Source: Nemertoderma westbladi (Eukaryota > Animalia > Xenacoelomorpha). Taken from it: a DNA stretch of 64,000 bases. Numbering within the stretch: position 1 is the stretch's first letter; every line of letters starts with the position of its first letter. The position numbers and the translations under genes were made by a program. This document shows positions 1-9,969 of this stretch, one piece after another. The notes beneath the pieces were generated by a model. That model ran no database searches, was not told the origin of the DNA, and was given only the letters and a program-made list of their open reading frames with translations. The stretch spans positions 854 to 64,853 of the forward strand of contig JAUCBJ010001428.1 of the NCBI GenBank assembly GCA_032718475.1. The letters are read 5' to 3'.

Positions 1-3000
1 AAACATGTTGGGAGTGCAATAAAGTAACTGTAGTGAATAAAACATGTTGGGAGTGCAATAAAGTAGCTGAAGGGAATAAAACATGTTGGGAGTGCAATAA
101 AGTAACTGAAGGGAATAAAACATGTTGGGAGTGCAATAAAGTAACTGTAGTGAATAAAACATGTTGGGAGTGCAATAAAGTAGCTGAAGGGAATAAAACA
201 TGTTGGGAGTGCAATAAAGTAACTGTAGTGAATAAAACATGTTGGGAGTGCAATAAAGTAGCTGAAGGGAATAAAACATGTTGGGAGTGGAATAAAGTAA
301 CTGAAGTGAATAAAACATGTTGGGAGTGCAATAAAGTAACTGTAGTGAATAAAACATGTTGGGAGTGCAATAAAGTAGCTAAAGGGAATAAAACATGTTG
401 GGAGTGGAATAAAGTAACTGAAGTGAATAAAACATGTTGGGAGTGCAATAAAGTAACTGTAGTGAATAAAACATGTTGGGAGTGCAATAAAGTAGCTGAA
501 GGGAATCAAACATGTTGGGAGTGGAATAAAGTAACTGAAGTGAATAAAACATGTTGGGAGTGGAATAAAGTAACTGAAGTGAATAAAACATGTTGGGAGT
601 GCAATAAAGTAACTGTAGTGAATAAAACATGTTGGGAGTGCAATAAAGTAACTGTAGTGAATAAAACATGTTGGGAGTGCAATAAAGTAGCTGAAGGGAA
701 TAAAACATGTTGGGAGTGCAATAAAGTAACTGTAGTGAATAAAACATGTTGGGAGTGCAATAAAGTAACTGTAGTGAATAAAACATGTTGGGAGTGCAAT
801 AAAGTAGCTGAAGGGAATAAAACATGTTGGGAGTGCAATAAAGTAACTGTAGTGAATAAAACATGTTGGGAGTGCAATAAAGTAGCTGAAGGGAATAAAA
901 CATGTTGGGAGTGGAATAAAGTAACTGAAGTGAATAAAACATGTTGGGAGTGCAATAAAGTAACTGTAGTGAATAAAACATGTTGGGAGTGCAATAAAGT
1001 AGCTAAAGGGAATAAAACATGTTGGGAGTGGAATAAAGTAACTGAAGTGATTAAAACATGTTGGGAGTGCAATAAAGTAACTGTAGTGAATAAAACATGT
1101 TGGGAGTGCAATAAAGTAGCTGAAGGGAATAAAACATGTTGGGAGTGCAATAAAGTAACTGTAGTGAATAAAACATGTTGGGAGTGCAATAAAGTAGCTG
1201 TAGTGAATAAAACATGTTGGGAGTGCAATAAAGTAGCTGAAGGGAATAAAACATGTTGGGAGTGCAATAAAGTAACTGTAGTGAATAAAACATGTTGGGA
1301 GTGCAATAAAGTAGCTGAAGGGAATAAAACATGTTGGGAGTGGAATAAAGTAACTGAAGTGAATAAAACATGTTGGGAGTGGAATAAAGTAACTGAAGTG
1401 AATAAAACATGTTGGGAGTGCAATAAAGTAACTGTAGTGAATAAAACATGTTGGGAGTGCAATAAAGTAACTGTAGTGAATAAAACATGTTGGGAGTGCA
1501 ATAAAGTAGCTGAAGGGAATAAAACATGTTGGGAGTGCAATAAAGTAACTGTAGTGAATAAAACATGTTGGGAGTGCAATAAAGTAACTGTAGTGAATAA
1601 AACATGTTGGGAGTGGAATAAAGTAGCTGAAGGGAATAAAACATGTTGGGAGTGCAATAAAGTAACTGTAGTGAATAAAACATGTTGGGAGAGCAATAAA
1701 GTAGCTGAAGGGAATAAAACATGTTGGGAGTGCAATAAAGTATCTGTAGTGAATAAAACATGTTGGGAGTGCAATAAAGTAGCTGAAGGGAATAAAACAT
1801 GTTGGCAGTGCAATAAAGTAGCTGAAGGGAATAAAACATGTTGGGAGTGCAATAAAGTAACTGTAGTGAATAAAACATGTTGGGAGTGCAATAAAGTAGC
1901 TGAAGGGAATAAAACATGTTGGGAGTGGAATAAAGTAACTGAAGTGAATAAAACATGTTGGGAGTGCAATAAAGTAACTGTAGTGAATAAAACATGTTGG
2001 GAGTGCAATAAAGTAACTGTAGTGAATAAAACATGTTGGGAGTGCAATAAAGTAACTGTAGTGAATAAAACATGTTGGGAGTGCAATAAAGTAGCTGAAG
2101 GGAATAAAACATGTTGGGAGTGCAATAAAGTAACTGAAGGGAATAAAACATGTTGGGAGTGCAATAAAGTAACTGTAGTGAATAAAACATGTTGGGAGTG
2201 CAATAAAGTAGCTGAAGGGAATAAAACATGTTGGGAGTGCAATAAAGTAACTGTAGTGAATAAAACATGTTGGGAGTGCAATAAAGTAGCTGAAGGGAAT
2301 AAAACATGTTGGGAGTGGAATAAAGTAACTGAAGTGAATAAAACATGTTGGGAGTGCAATAAAGTAACTGTAGTGAATAAAACATGTTGGGAGTGCAATA
2401 AAGTAGCTAAAGGGAATAAAACATGTTGGGAGTGGAATAAAGTAACTGAAGTGAATAAAACATGTTGGGAGTGCAATAAAGTAACTGTAGTGAATAAAAC
2501 ATGTTGGGAGTGCAATAAAGTAGCTGAAGGGAATAAAACATGTTGGGAGTGGAATAAAGTAACTGAAGTGAATAAAACATGTTGGGAGTGGAATAAAGTA
2601 ACTGAAGTGAATAAAACATGTTGGGAGTGCAATAAAGTAACTGTAGTGAATAAAACATGTTGGGAGTGCAATAAAGTAACTGTAGTGAATAAAACATGTT
2701 GGGAGTGCAATAAAGTAGCTGAAGGGAATAAAACATGTTGGGAGTGCAATAAAGTAACTGTAGTGAATAAAACATGTTGGGAGTGCAATAAAGTAACTGT
2801 AGTGAATAAAACATGTTGGGAGTGCAATAAAGTAGCTGAAGGGAATAAAACATGTTGGGAGTGCAATAAAGTAACTGTAGTGAATAAAACATGTTGGGAG
2901 TGCAATAAAGTAGCTGAAGGGAATAAAACATGTTGGGAGTGGAATAAAGTAACTGAAGTGAATAAAACATGTTGGGAGTGCAATAAAGTAACTGTAGTGA

Positions 3001-5398
3001 ATAAAACATGTTGGGAGTGCAATAAAGTAGCTAAAGGGAATAAAACATGTTGGGAGTGGAATAAAGTAACTGAAGTGATTAAAACATGTTGGGAGTGCAA
3101 TAAAGTAACTGTAGTGAATAAAACATGTTGGGAGTGCAATAAAGTAGCTGAAGGGAATAAAACATGTTGGGAGTGGAATAAAGTAACTGAAGTGAATAAA
3201 ACATGTTGGGAGTGGAATAAAGTAACTGAAGTGAATAAAACATGTTGGGAGTGCAATAAAGTAACTGTAGTGAATAAAACATGTTGGGAGTGCAATAAAG
3301 TAACTGTAGTGAATAAAACATGTTGGGAGTGCAATAAAGTAGCTGAAGGGAATAAAACATGTTGGGAGTGCAATAAAGTAACTGTAGTGAATAAAACATG
3401 TTGGGAGTGCAATAAAGTAGCTGAAGGGAATAAAACATGTTGGGAGTGGAATAAAGTAACTGAAGTGAATAAAACATGTTGGGAGTGGAATAAAGTAACT
3501 GAAGTGAATAAAACATGTTGGGAGTGCAATAAAGTAACTGTAGTGAATAAAACATGTTGGGAGTGCAATAAAGTAACTGTAGTGAATAAAACATGTTGGG
3601 AGTGCAATAAAGTAGCTGAAGGGAATAAAACATGTTGGGAGTGCAATAAAGTAACTGTAGTGAATAAAACATGTTGGGAGTGCAATAAAGTAACTGTAGT
3701 GAATAAAACATGTTGGGAGTGGAATAAAGTAGCTGAAGGGAATAAAACATGTTGGGAGTGCAATAAAGTAACTGTAGTGAATAAAACATGTTGGGAGAGC
3801 AATAAAGTAGCTGAAGGGAATAAAACATGTTGGGAGTGCAATAAAGTATCTGTAGTGAATAAAACATGTTGGGAGTGCAATAAAGTAGCTGAAGGGAATA
3901 AAACATGTTGGCAGTGCAATAAAGTAGCTGAAGGGAATAAAACATGTTGGGAGTGCAATAAAGTAACTGTAGTGAATAAAACATGTTGGGAGTGCAATAA
4001 AGTAGCTGAAGGGAATAAAACATGTTGGGAGTGGAATAAAGTAACTGAAGTGAATAAAACATGTTGGGAGTGCAATAAAGTAACTGTAGTGAATAAAACA
4101 TGTTGGGAGTGCAATAAAGTAACTGTAGTGAATAAAACATGTTGGGAGTGCAATAAAGTAACTGTAGTGAATAAAACATGTTGGGAGTGCAATAAAGTAG
4201 CTGAAGGGAATAAAACATGTTGGGAGTGCAATAAAGTAACTGAAGGGAATAAAACATGTTGGGAGTGCAATAAAGTAACTGTAGTGAATAAAACATGTTG
4301 GGAGTGCAATAAAGTAGCTGAAGGGAATAAAACATGTTGGGAGTGCAATAAAGTAACTGTAGTGAATAAAACATGTTGGGAGTGCAATAAAGTAGCTGAA
4401 GGGAATAAAACATGTTGGGAGTGGAATAAAGTAACTGAAGTGAATAAAACATGTTGGGAGTGCAATAAAGTAACTGTAGTGAATAAAACATGTTGGGAGT
4501 GCAATAAAGTAGCTAAAGGGAATAAAACATGTTGGGAGTGGAATAAAGTAACTGAAGTGAATAAAACATGTTGGGAGTGCAATAAAGTAACTGTAGTGAA
4601 TAAAACATGTTGGGAGTGCAATAAAGTAGCTGAAGGGAATCAAACATGTTGGGAGTGGAATAAAGTAACTGAAGTGAATAAAACATGTTGGGAGTGGAAT
4701 AAAGTAACTGAAGTGAATAAAACATGTTGGGAGTGCAATAAAGTAACTGTAGTGAATAAAACATGTTGGGAGTGCAATAAAGTAACTGTAGTGAATAAAA
4801 CATGTTGGGAGTGCAATAAAGTAGCTGAAGGGAATAAAACATGTTGGGAGTGCAATAAAGTAACTGTAGTGAATAAAACATGTTGGGAGTGCAATAAAGT
4901 AACTGTAGTGAATAAAACATGTTGGGAGTGCAATAAAGTAGCTGAAGGGAATAAAACATGTTGGGAGTGCAATAAAGTAACTGTAGTGAATAAAACATGT
5001 TGGGAGTGCAATAAAGTAGCTGAAGGGAATAAAACATGTTGGGAGTGGAATAAAGTAACTGAAGTGAATAAAACATGTTGGGAGTGCAATAAAGTAACTG
5101 TAGTGAATAAAACATGTTGGGAGTGCAATAAAGTAGCTAAAGGGAATAAAACATGTTGGGAGTGGAATAAAGTAACTGAAGTGATTAAAACATGTTGGGA
5201 GTGCAATAAAGTAACTGTAGTGAATAAAACATGTTGGGAGTGCAATAAAGTAGCTGAAGGGAATAAAACATGTTGGGAGTGGAATAAAGTAACTGAAGTG
5301 AATAAAACATGTTGGGAGTGGAATAAAGTAACTGAAGTGAATAAAACATGTTGGGAGTGCAATAAAGTAACTGTAGTGAATAAAACATGTTGGGAGTG
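1..5398. repeat. 39-bp tandem satellite, left arm (~138 units; continues beyond window start)
   Basis: Unit AAACATGTTGGGAGTGCAATAAAGTAACTGTAGTGAATA repeated head-to-tail with recurrent variants (GCTGAAGG, GTGGAA, CTGAAGTG). Confidence 0.99.
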
Positions 5399-5656
5399 TG
5401 TTGAAGATATATAAACAGTTATAGATAATCCAGTAACTCAATAATATAGTATAATAGCTGACAGTCAAGTTACAGAACTGCACACAGACCTAACACAACT
5501 GACAACTGCACAACCTCCTACCTACCGTACCTGTCCAACCGGTAGGCCTACACCTGATACAGCAACACTAGTACTGTACTGTAGTTTTTCCTTTCTTGTA
5601 CTACCGTACTATCCCAGTGGCATGGCCTACTATATGTCTCACACAATTTCCCAACA
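5399..5656 (-). repeat. 3' LTR of Gypsy element
   Basis: TGTTGAAG...CCCAACA on the + strand; identical by eye to 9712-9969. Confidence 0.97.
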
Positions 5657-5664
5657 CCTCCCAC
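5657..5664 (-). other. Polypurine tract of Gypsy element
   Basis: Minus strand GTGGGAGG directly precedes the TG of the 3' LTR. Confidence 0.7.
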
Positions 5665-5679
5665 AGTTTTATAAACTTT

Positions 5680-8600
5680 TTAGTTTTCAAATCCATATCG
5701 CTTTGGGGGCCTAGACATTCGGCCTGAACGCGTAACGACCGTGGGTGGAGCAACCCCTATTGGTATCTCATCTTCATCATCTGTAGGGTCTATTTCATCG
5801 TATGATGTTTCATCATCTGTACTATCAACCTCCGTTTCCGATTCGATATCAATTACCCTTTCAATTTCATTATTCGTATTTAATGCTGACTCAACCTGAT
5901 TTTCTGCATGCGAAACTTTCATCGACTTTCTAACATCTTGAAGGTGTCGGCGTATTCCTTTCACTATCACTGAACGTTCCTGTACTTGATCGACTCTATG
6001 AGGTCCCTTCCATCTCACGGTGCATTTCACATGTGAATCTGGTTTCACGAATACGTAGTCCCCAACTTTTATATTTCCGCTTGACCTACAATCGACATCT
6101 TCTTTGGGTTGCGATATTTCTGTCACACTAGGTAGCTTCATCTTTCGTTTTGACAATCCACCAAAGAGCTTCTGAGCTGGAGTTTGCTCTTCACTCCTTC
6201 CACAAGTGTTATTGTACCAGAAACAGGATTGTTCCAATTCTTTTCCGGATCTTGCCGACCATCGTTTGATTGTCCGATGCATGCGTTCTACAGGATTCCC
6301 TTTCGGACGGTAGGCGCATGAAGGGATCCGTTTCACTTCCCATTTTCGTAAAAATATATCGAATTCAGTGCTTCTAAAAGCAGGACCATTATCACAGAGA
6401 ACTTCATGGGGTGGTCCCATCTCGCAAAAAATCTGTTGAAGTTGTGCAATTACAGTTGCAGCCGTTTCATCCTTAGCCCCACGACACAATGCATAATTTG
6501 ACCCACAGTCCAGTATTGTTAAGTATTTTCGTTGATTATACTCTGTGAAGTCAATCGAATTTCTATACCAGGGTTCGTCAACTTTCGTGGTCCCTTTTTC
6601 TACAAAAACAGGATTAGGGTCTATGCTATTGCATTGATCACATTCTGTGCATATTTCATTCACTAACTTCTTTGGCACAGTTCTAGAATTTAATTCTCTA
6701 TCAACGTTACATAACTGCATGGTTCTGTCTACACCTTGGTGCGCTAATTTGTGTAAATATGTAACACGCTGACGATTGTTTACATTCAATTCCTGTATAT
6801 CTCCCATTGCAGCGAATGCATCATTATTGGTTTCTTTTACATCCTTATCACGGCCAAATTTCAACCAATGTGATGGAATTCTAGTTAACGTGTCCGATAA
6901 ATTTTTCGCTGATTCAACCCGATGCGGTCGGATTTTTAATTTATATTCTACTATGATCTCGCTCAGTATATCCAATCGACGCTCAATGAGCTTTCTCGCC
7001 TGACCTTTAGTTCGAATTCTGTGTGTGTCGAAAATAACAGCATTCACCCAGCTATACACGGTTGATGAATCAATAAAGAGATTAACTACTTTTATGTTCC
7101 AATCCACTGCCATGTTAATTCCCTCAATAACCGCATCTAGTTCTGATACATTTATGTGTTGGTTGTCACTTTCTTTGCGAAGCCATGATCTGTCTTCAAC
7201 TACAACTCCGTCTATCTTTATCAATGCTCCCTTTGCAATTGAGCTGGCGTCAGTCCATATATCTGCGTGATCTGTAGTACGAACAACCCACTCTCCTTTT
7301 ACAGGATCATTGTGACATACATTATCGATCGTTTCATTAACCAATTGTTGTAAACCATCGCCTATATAACTGTCCCATGTTACGCCCGCACTACAGTGTT
7401 GTAACCATGCACATGCTGGTCTTAACCATCCTCCCACAGGATAGTGTCCCCGAAGCTGTCCACATATCGAATGTAACTCTCTCCTAGTGGTTTTTTCTGG
7501 AACTTCTGGTAACTTTTGACTCCGTCTCCAATACAATTTATTGTTTTGTTCATTTCCACAAATTTCTAGACCGAGAACCTTACATCCATTTATTACTGGT
7601 TCAGCGTCTTTTGAAATTAACCCATAATCTTTCAGGTGACCCCTTACAGCCTCTGTAGGTATTTTATTCGTGTTTACATATACATCGTCTCTGAAGTTAT
7701 CTGTGGAACTTTGAACCTTTTCATCTTTCTTTAAAACTCCTTCAACAATACGGTCCATAATCTTTGGACCAGGACCCAACCCAAATCCCATCCTAGTAAC
7801 GACATATCGCTTTCCTTCATATACAACAGTTTGGTATGATCGTAGTTCTTCTTTAATATGAATTTGCATATATGCCCAACGAAGATCGATTACAGCGGTT
7901 TGTTCTCCCATCCTCCGCCAGACTCTTAATTTTTCATTGCAGGCAGCAGCTTCACGACCAGGTGCATTGACGACATGAGAATTCAGTTCTCTATAATCTA
8001 AGATCGGCCTTATTCGTTGTTTTTTCTCCTCATATTTTGCCATGATTGGGATGGTTCCCTTGACTTCTCCATGAATTTCCGGAGAGTATGGAACTATCCA
8101 TTCTCGCTCGATCCACTCTTCCATAGCAGCTTTATATAATTCGGTGTGCTCTGGTCGTATGCGATACTCAGTCATTCGATTATTAAGCTGAGGTGGCGTT
8201 CCGTCTTTCCACTTCCACTCTGCAGTCCAATTTTTTCCATCATATACTACGCGAAAGTCTGAATCTTCTATAATAATATCGGACTGATTGGGTGCTATTT
8301 TCTTAGTTAGTGATACTTCGATATTGACTTGTTCCTTCTCTTCAATATCTAGCTGTTTAACCTCAGCCCCTACACAACCAAATATGATTGGAGACAACGT
8401 TTCAGATCCAATATGTCGGACCACATCGATTCCTAACATTACTGCCCCTTCACCCAACAATTTTTCTACCACCAATACTGGCCATGTAAAAAGGAATTCA
8501 ATTGAATTAATGGCAACGAATGTTAATTCAACCTCTCCTATCACTCCACAATGCGATTCACCGTCTAACATCGTAATTTCAGATGATCTAATACATTTTT

Positions 8601-8793
8601 TCACTTCTATTCCATTTTGTTGACACCATAGTTTTGACACTAAACATCTCGAGCAGCCAGTGTCAACCAATGCGGGAATGACTATATTCATTCCTTCAAG
8701 TTGAATGCCAACTAATGGGAGATTCCCATTGTGGGGGAAACATCCATTGGCTGCGATGAATCCCCCATTCCGTTTCCCGAAGGTTGCCGCCAC
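5680..8793 (-). CDS. pol: Gypsy Pol (aspartic protease, RT, RNase H, integrase), probably expressed by -1 frameshift
   Basis: LVDTGCS (PR); RPILDYRELN, IDLRWAYMQI, RMGFGL, FRDD (RT); WTDAS, HINVSEL, FIDS, NLSDTLTR (RH); HKLAH..CTECDQC, SIDF, CDNG, VERMHR (IN); C-terminal TRSGR..PPKRY. Confidence 0.96.
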   Translation of the reverse strand: MAATFGKRNGGFIAANGCFPHNGNLPLVGIQLEGMNIVIPALVDTGCSRCLVSKLWCQQNGIEVKKCIRSSEITMLDGESHCGVIGEVELTFVAINSIEFLFTWPVLVVEKLLGEGAVMLGIDVVRHIGSETLSPIIFGCVGAEVKQLDIEEKEQVNIEVSLTKKIAPNQSDIIIEDSDFRVVYDGKNWTAEWKWKDGTPPQLNNRMTEYRIRPEHTELYKAAMEEWIEREWIVPYSPEIHGEVKGTIPIMAKYEEKKQRIRPILDYRELNSHVVNAPGREAAACNEKLRVWRRMGEQTAVIDLRWAYMQIHIKEELRSYQTVVYEGKRYVVTRMGFGLGPGPKIMDRIVEGVLKKDEKVQSSTDNFRDDVYVNTNKIPTEAVRGHLKDYGLISKDAEPVINGCKVLGLEICGNEQNNKLYWRRSQKLPEVPEKTTRRELHSICGQLRGHYPVGGWLRPACAWLQHCSAGVTWDSYIGDGLQQLVNETIDNVCHNDPVKGEWVVRTTDHADIWTDASSIAKGALIKIDGVVVEDRSWLRKESDNQHINVSELDAVIEGINMAVDWNIKVVNLFIDSSTVYSWVNAVIFDTHRIRTKGQARKLIERRLDILSEIIVEYKLKIRPHRVESAKNLSDTLTRIPSHWLKFGRDKDVKETNNDAFAAMGDIQELNVNNRQRVTYLHKLAHQGVDRTMQLCNVDRELNSRTVPKKLVNEICTECDQCNSIDPNPVFVEKGTTKVDEPWYRNSIDFTEYNQRKYLTILDCGSNYALCRGAKDETAATVIAQLQQIFCEMGPPHEVLCDNGPAFRSTEFDIFLRKWEVKRIPSCAYRPKGNPVERMHRTIKRWSARSGKELEQSCFWYNNTCGRSEEQTPAQKLFGGLSKRKMKLPSVTEISQPKEDVDCRSSGNIKVGDYVFVKPDSHVKCTVRWKGPHRVDQVQERSVIVKGIRRHLQDVRKSMKVSHAENQVESALNTNNEIERVIDIESETEVDSTDDETSYDEIDPTDDEDEIPIGVAPPTVVTRSGRMSRPPKRYGFEN

Positions 8794-9668
8794 GATGATG
8801 CCGCCAAAGCATTATTGCTACCGGAGACCGCATTCGTATACCCTTGTCTCGTACTGTTACGGCATCCTCTCGCAATATGACCCTCCATTCCACAGTTGTG
8901 ACACCTGATGACATTTCCACTATTTCTAGCTTGAAAACCATCATAACGATCATTACCGGTGCCACCTCTATCAGCTACTGAACAATTCCGAGCCAAGTGG
9001 CCCCACGTTCCACAACGGTAACACTGAACATTACTACCAACACCACCGCTATTTACAATGGGACGAAATCCCCTTCCCCTGTGTGGCCCACCACGAAAAC
9101 CAGCAGCTCCAATCCCAAAACCGGCAGCTCCAATCCCAATCCCATCTCTTCCACTTCCGGCTCTCTCTGACAGTATACGCCGAGCTTGTTGCAATAAATC
9201 CGTCCAATTTCTCCTGCTCGCCATTGCTTTAACTTCTGACCTAACGCTCTCAGGTAAACCATTCGCAAACTGAGCCGTTAACATATCCTGTGCACATTGA
9301 CTATCTATATCCTTTGTAATTAGTGATAGCAACCTCCGCAAATCTGCTAGAAACGCATCAGCAGACTCATCACTCTTTAATATCCGACTTTTAAACTTAT
9401 CGTACGCTAGATACGGATTGTCAGCAAACGCCTCGATCAATCGGTCACGAACTTCATCGTAGTTATTCTTTTGCTCGTCGTCCAGCTGATTTATAACATC
9501 ATGAGCTGCTCCCGTCAGCGATAGACGAAAATATGTAACTCGACTCTCTTCCGTTAGTTTAGATTCCGTTTTGAGAATATTGAAAGTATCGTCAAACGTT
9601 GCAATCCACGAGCAGGGATCACCAGTTCCATCATACTTAACGACGTAATCCGATAATTTTGGCGCCAT
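8712..9668 (-). CDS. gag: Gypsy Gag with two CCHC zinc knuckles
   Basis: YDGTGD..W N-terminal motif; FANGLP; CYRCGTWGHLARNC and CHNCGMEGHIARGC. Confidence 0.95.
   Translation of the reverse strand: MAPKLSDYVVKYDGTGDPCSWIATFDDTFNILKTESKLTEESRVTYFRLSLTGAAHDVINQLDDEQKNNYDEVRDRLIEAFADNPYLAYDKFKSRILKSDESADAFLADLRRLLSLITKDIDSQCAQDMLTAQFANGLPESVRSEVKAMASRRNWTDLLQQARRILSERAGSGRDGIGIGAAGFGIGAAGFRGGPHRGRGFRPIVNSGGVGSNVQCYRCGTWGHLARNCSVADRGGTGNDRYDGFQARNSGNVIRCHNCGMEGHIARGCRNSTRQGYTNAVSGSNNALAASSWRQPSGNGMGDSSQPMDVSPTMGISH
8772..8778 (-). promoter_or_regulatory. -1 ribosomal frameshift slippery heptamer G GGA AAC
   Basis: In the gag/pol overlap, gag reads TCG GGA AAC and pol reads TTC GGG AAA CGG; downstream GGGGGA...TCCCCC and ATGGGA..TCCCAT can form stems. 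Confidence 0.85.
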
Positions 9669-9699
9669 AACGATTTAGGTTAAACAATAGATCAGTATA

Positions 9700-9711
9700 G
9701 CCCGGTTAGCT
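9700..9711 (-). other. Non-canonical primer-binding site AGCTAACCGGGC
   Basis: Abuts the 5' LTR, lacks the TGG of a 3'-CCA PBS; complement GCCCGGTTAGCT resembles nt 1-12 of tRNA-Lys. Confidence 0.6.
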
Positions 9712-9969
9712 TGTTGAAGATATATAAACAGTTATAGATAATCCAGTAACTCAATAATATAGTATAATAGCTGACAGTCAAGTTACAGAACTGCACACAG
9801 ACCTAACACAACTGACAACTGCACAACCTCCTACCTACCGTACCTGTCCAACCGGTAGGCCTACACCTGATACAGCAACACTAGTACTGTACTGTAGTTT
9901 TTCCTTTCTTGTACTACCGTACTATCCCAGTGGCATGGCCTACTATATGTCTCACACAATTTCCCAACA
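9712..9969 (-). repeat. 5' LTR of Gypsy element
   Basis: 258 bp, identical by eye to 5399-5656. Confidence 0.97.

Larger units (their letters stand above)
5399..9969 (-). mobile_element. Full-length Ty3/Gypsy LTR retrotransposon (4571 bp) inserted in the satellite
   Basis: Two 258-bp TG...CA LTRs; 5-bp TSD GAGTG at 5394-5398 and 9970-9974; gag plus pol with PR-RT-RH-IN order; purine-rich GTGGGAGG next to the 3' LTR. Confidence 0.97.

Noticed and set aside
33-5414. 1793-aa ORF of NKTCWECNKVTVV (CxxC) repeats and the overlapping minus-strand ORFs
   Set aside because: By-product of a 39-bp (3n) unit lacking stops in four of six frames; variants are mostly non-synonymous; no true start context; interrupted by a retrotransposon.
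9697-9969. Self-priming for the Gypsy element
   Set aside because: No complement of AGCTAACCGGGC found in the 258-bp LTR.
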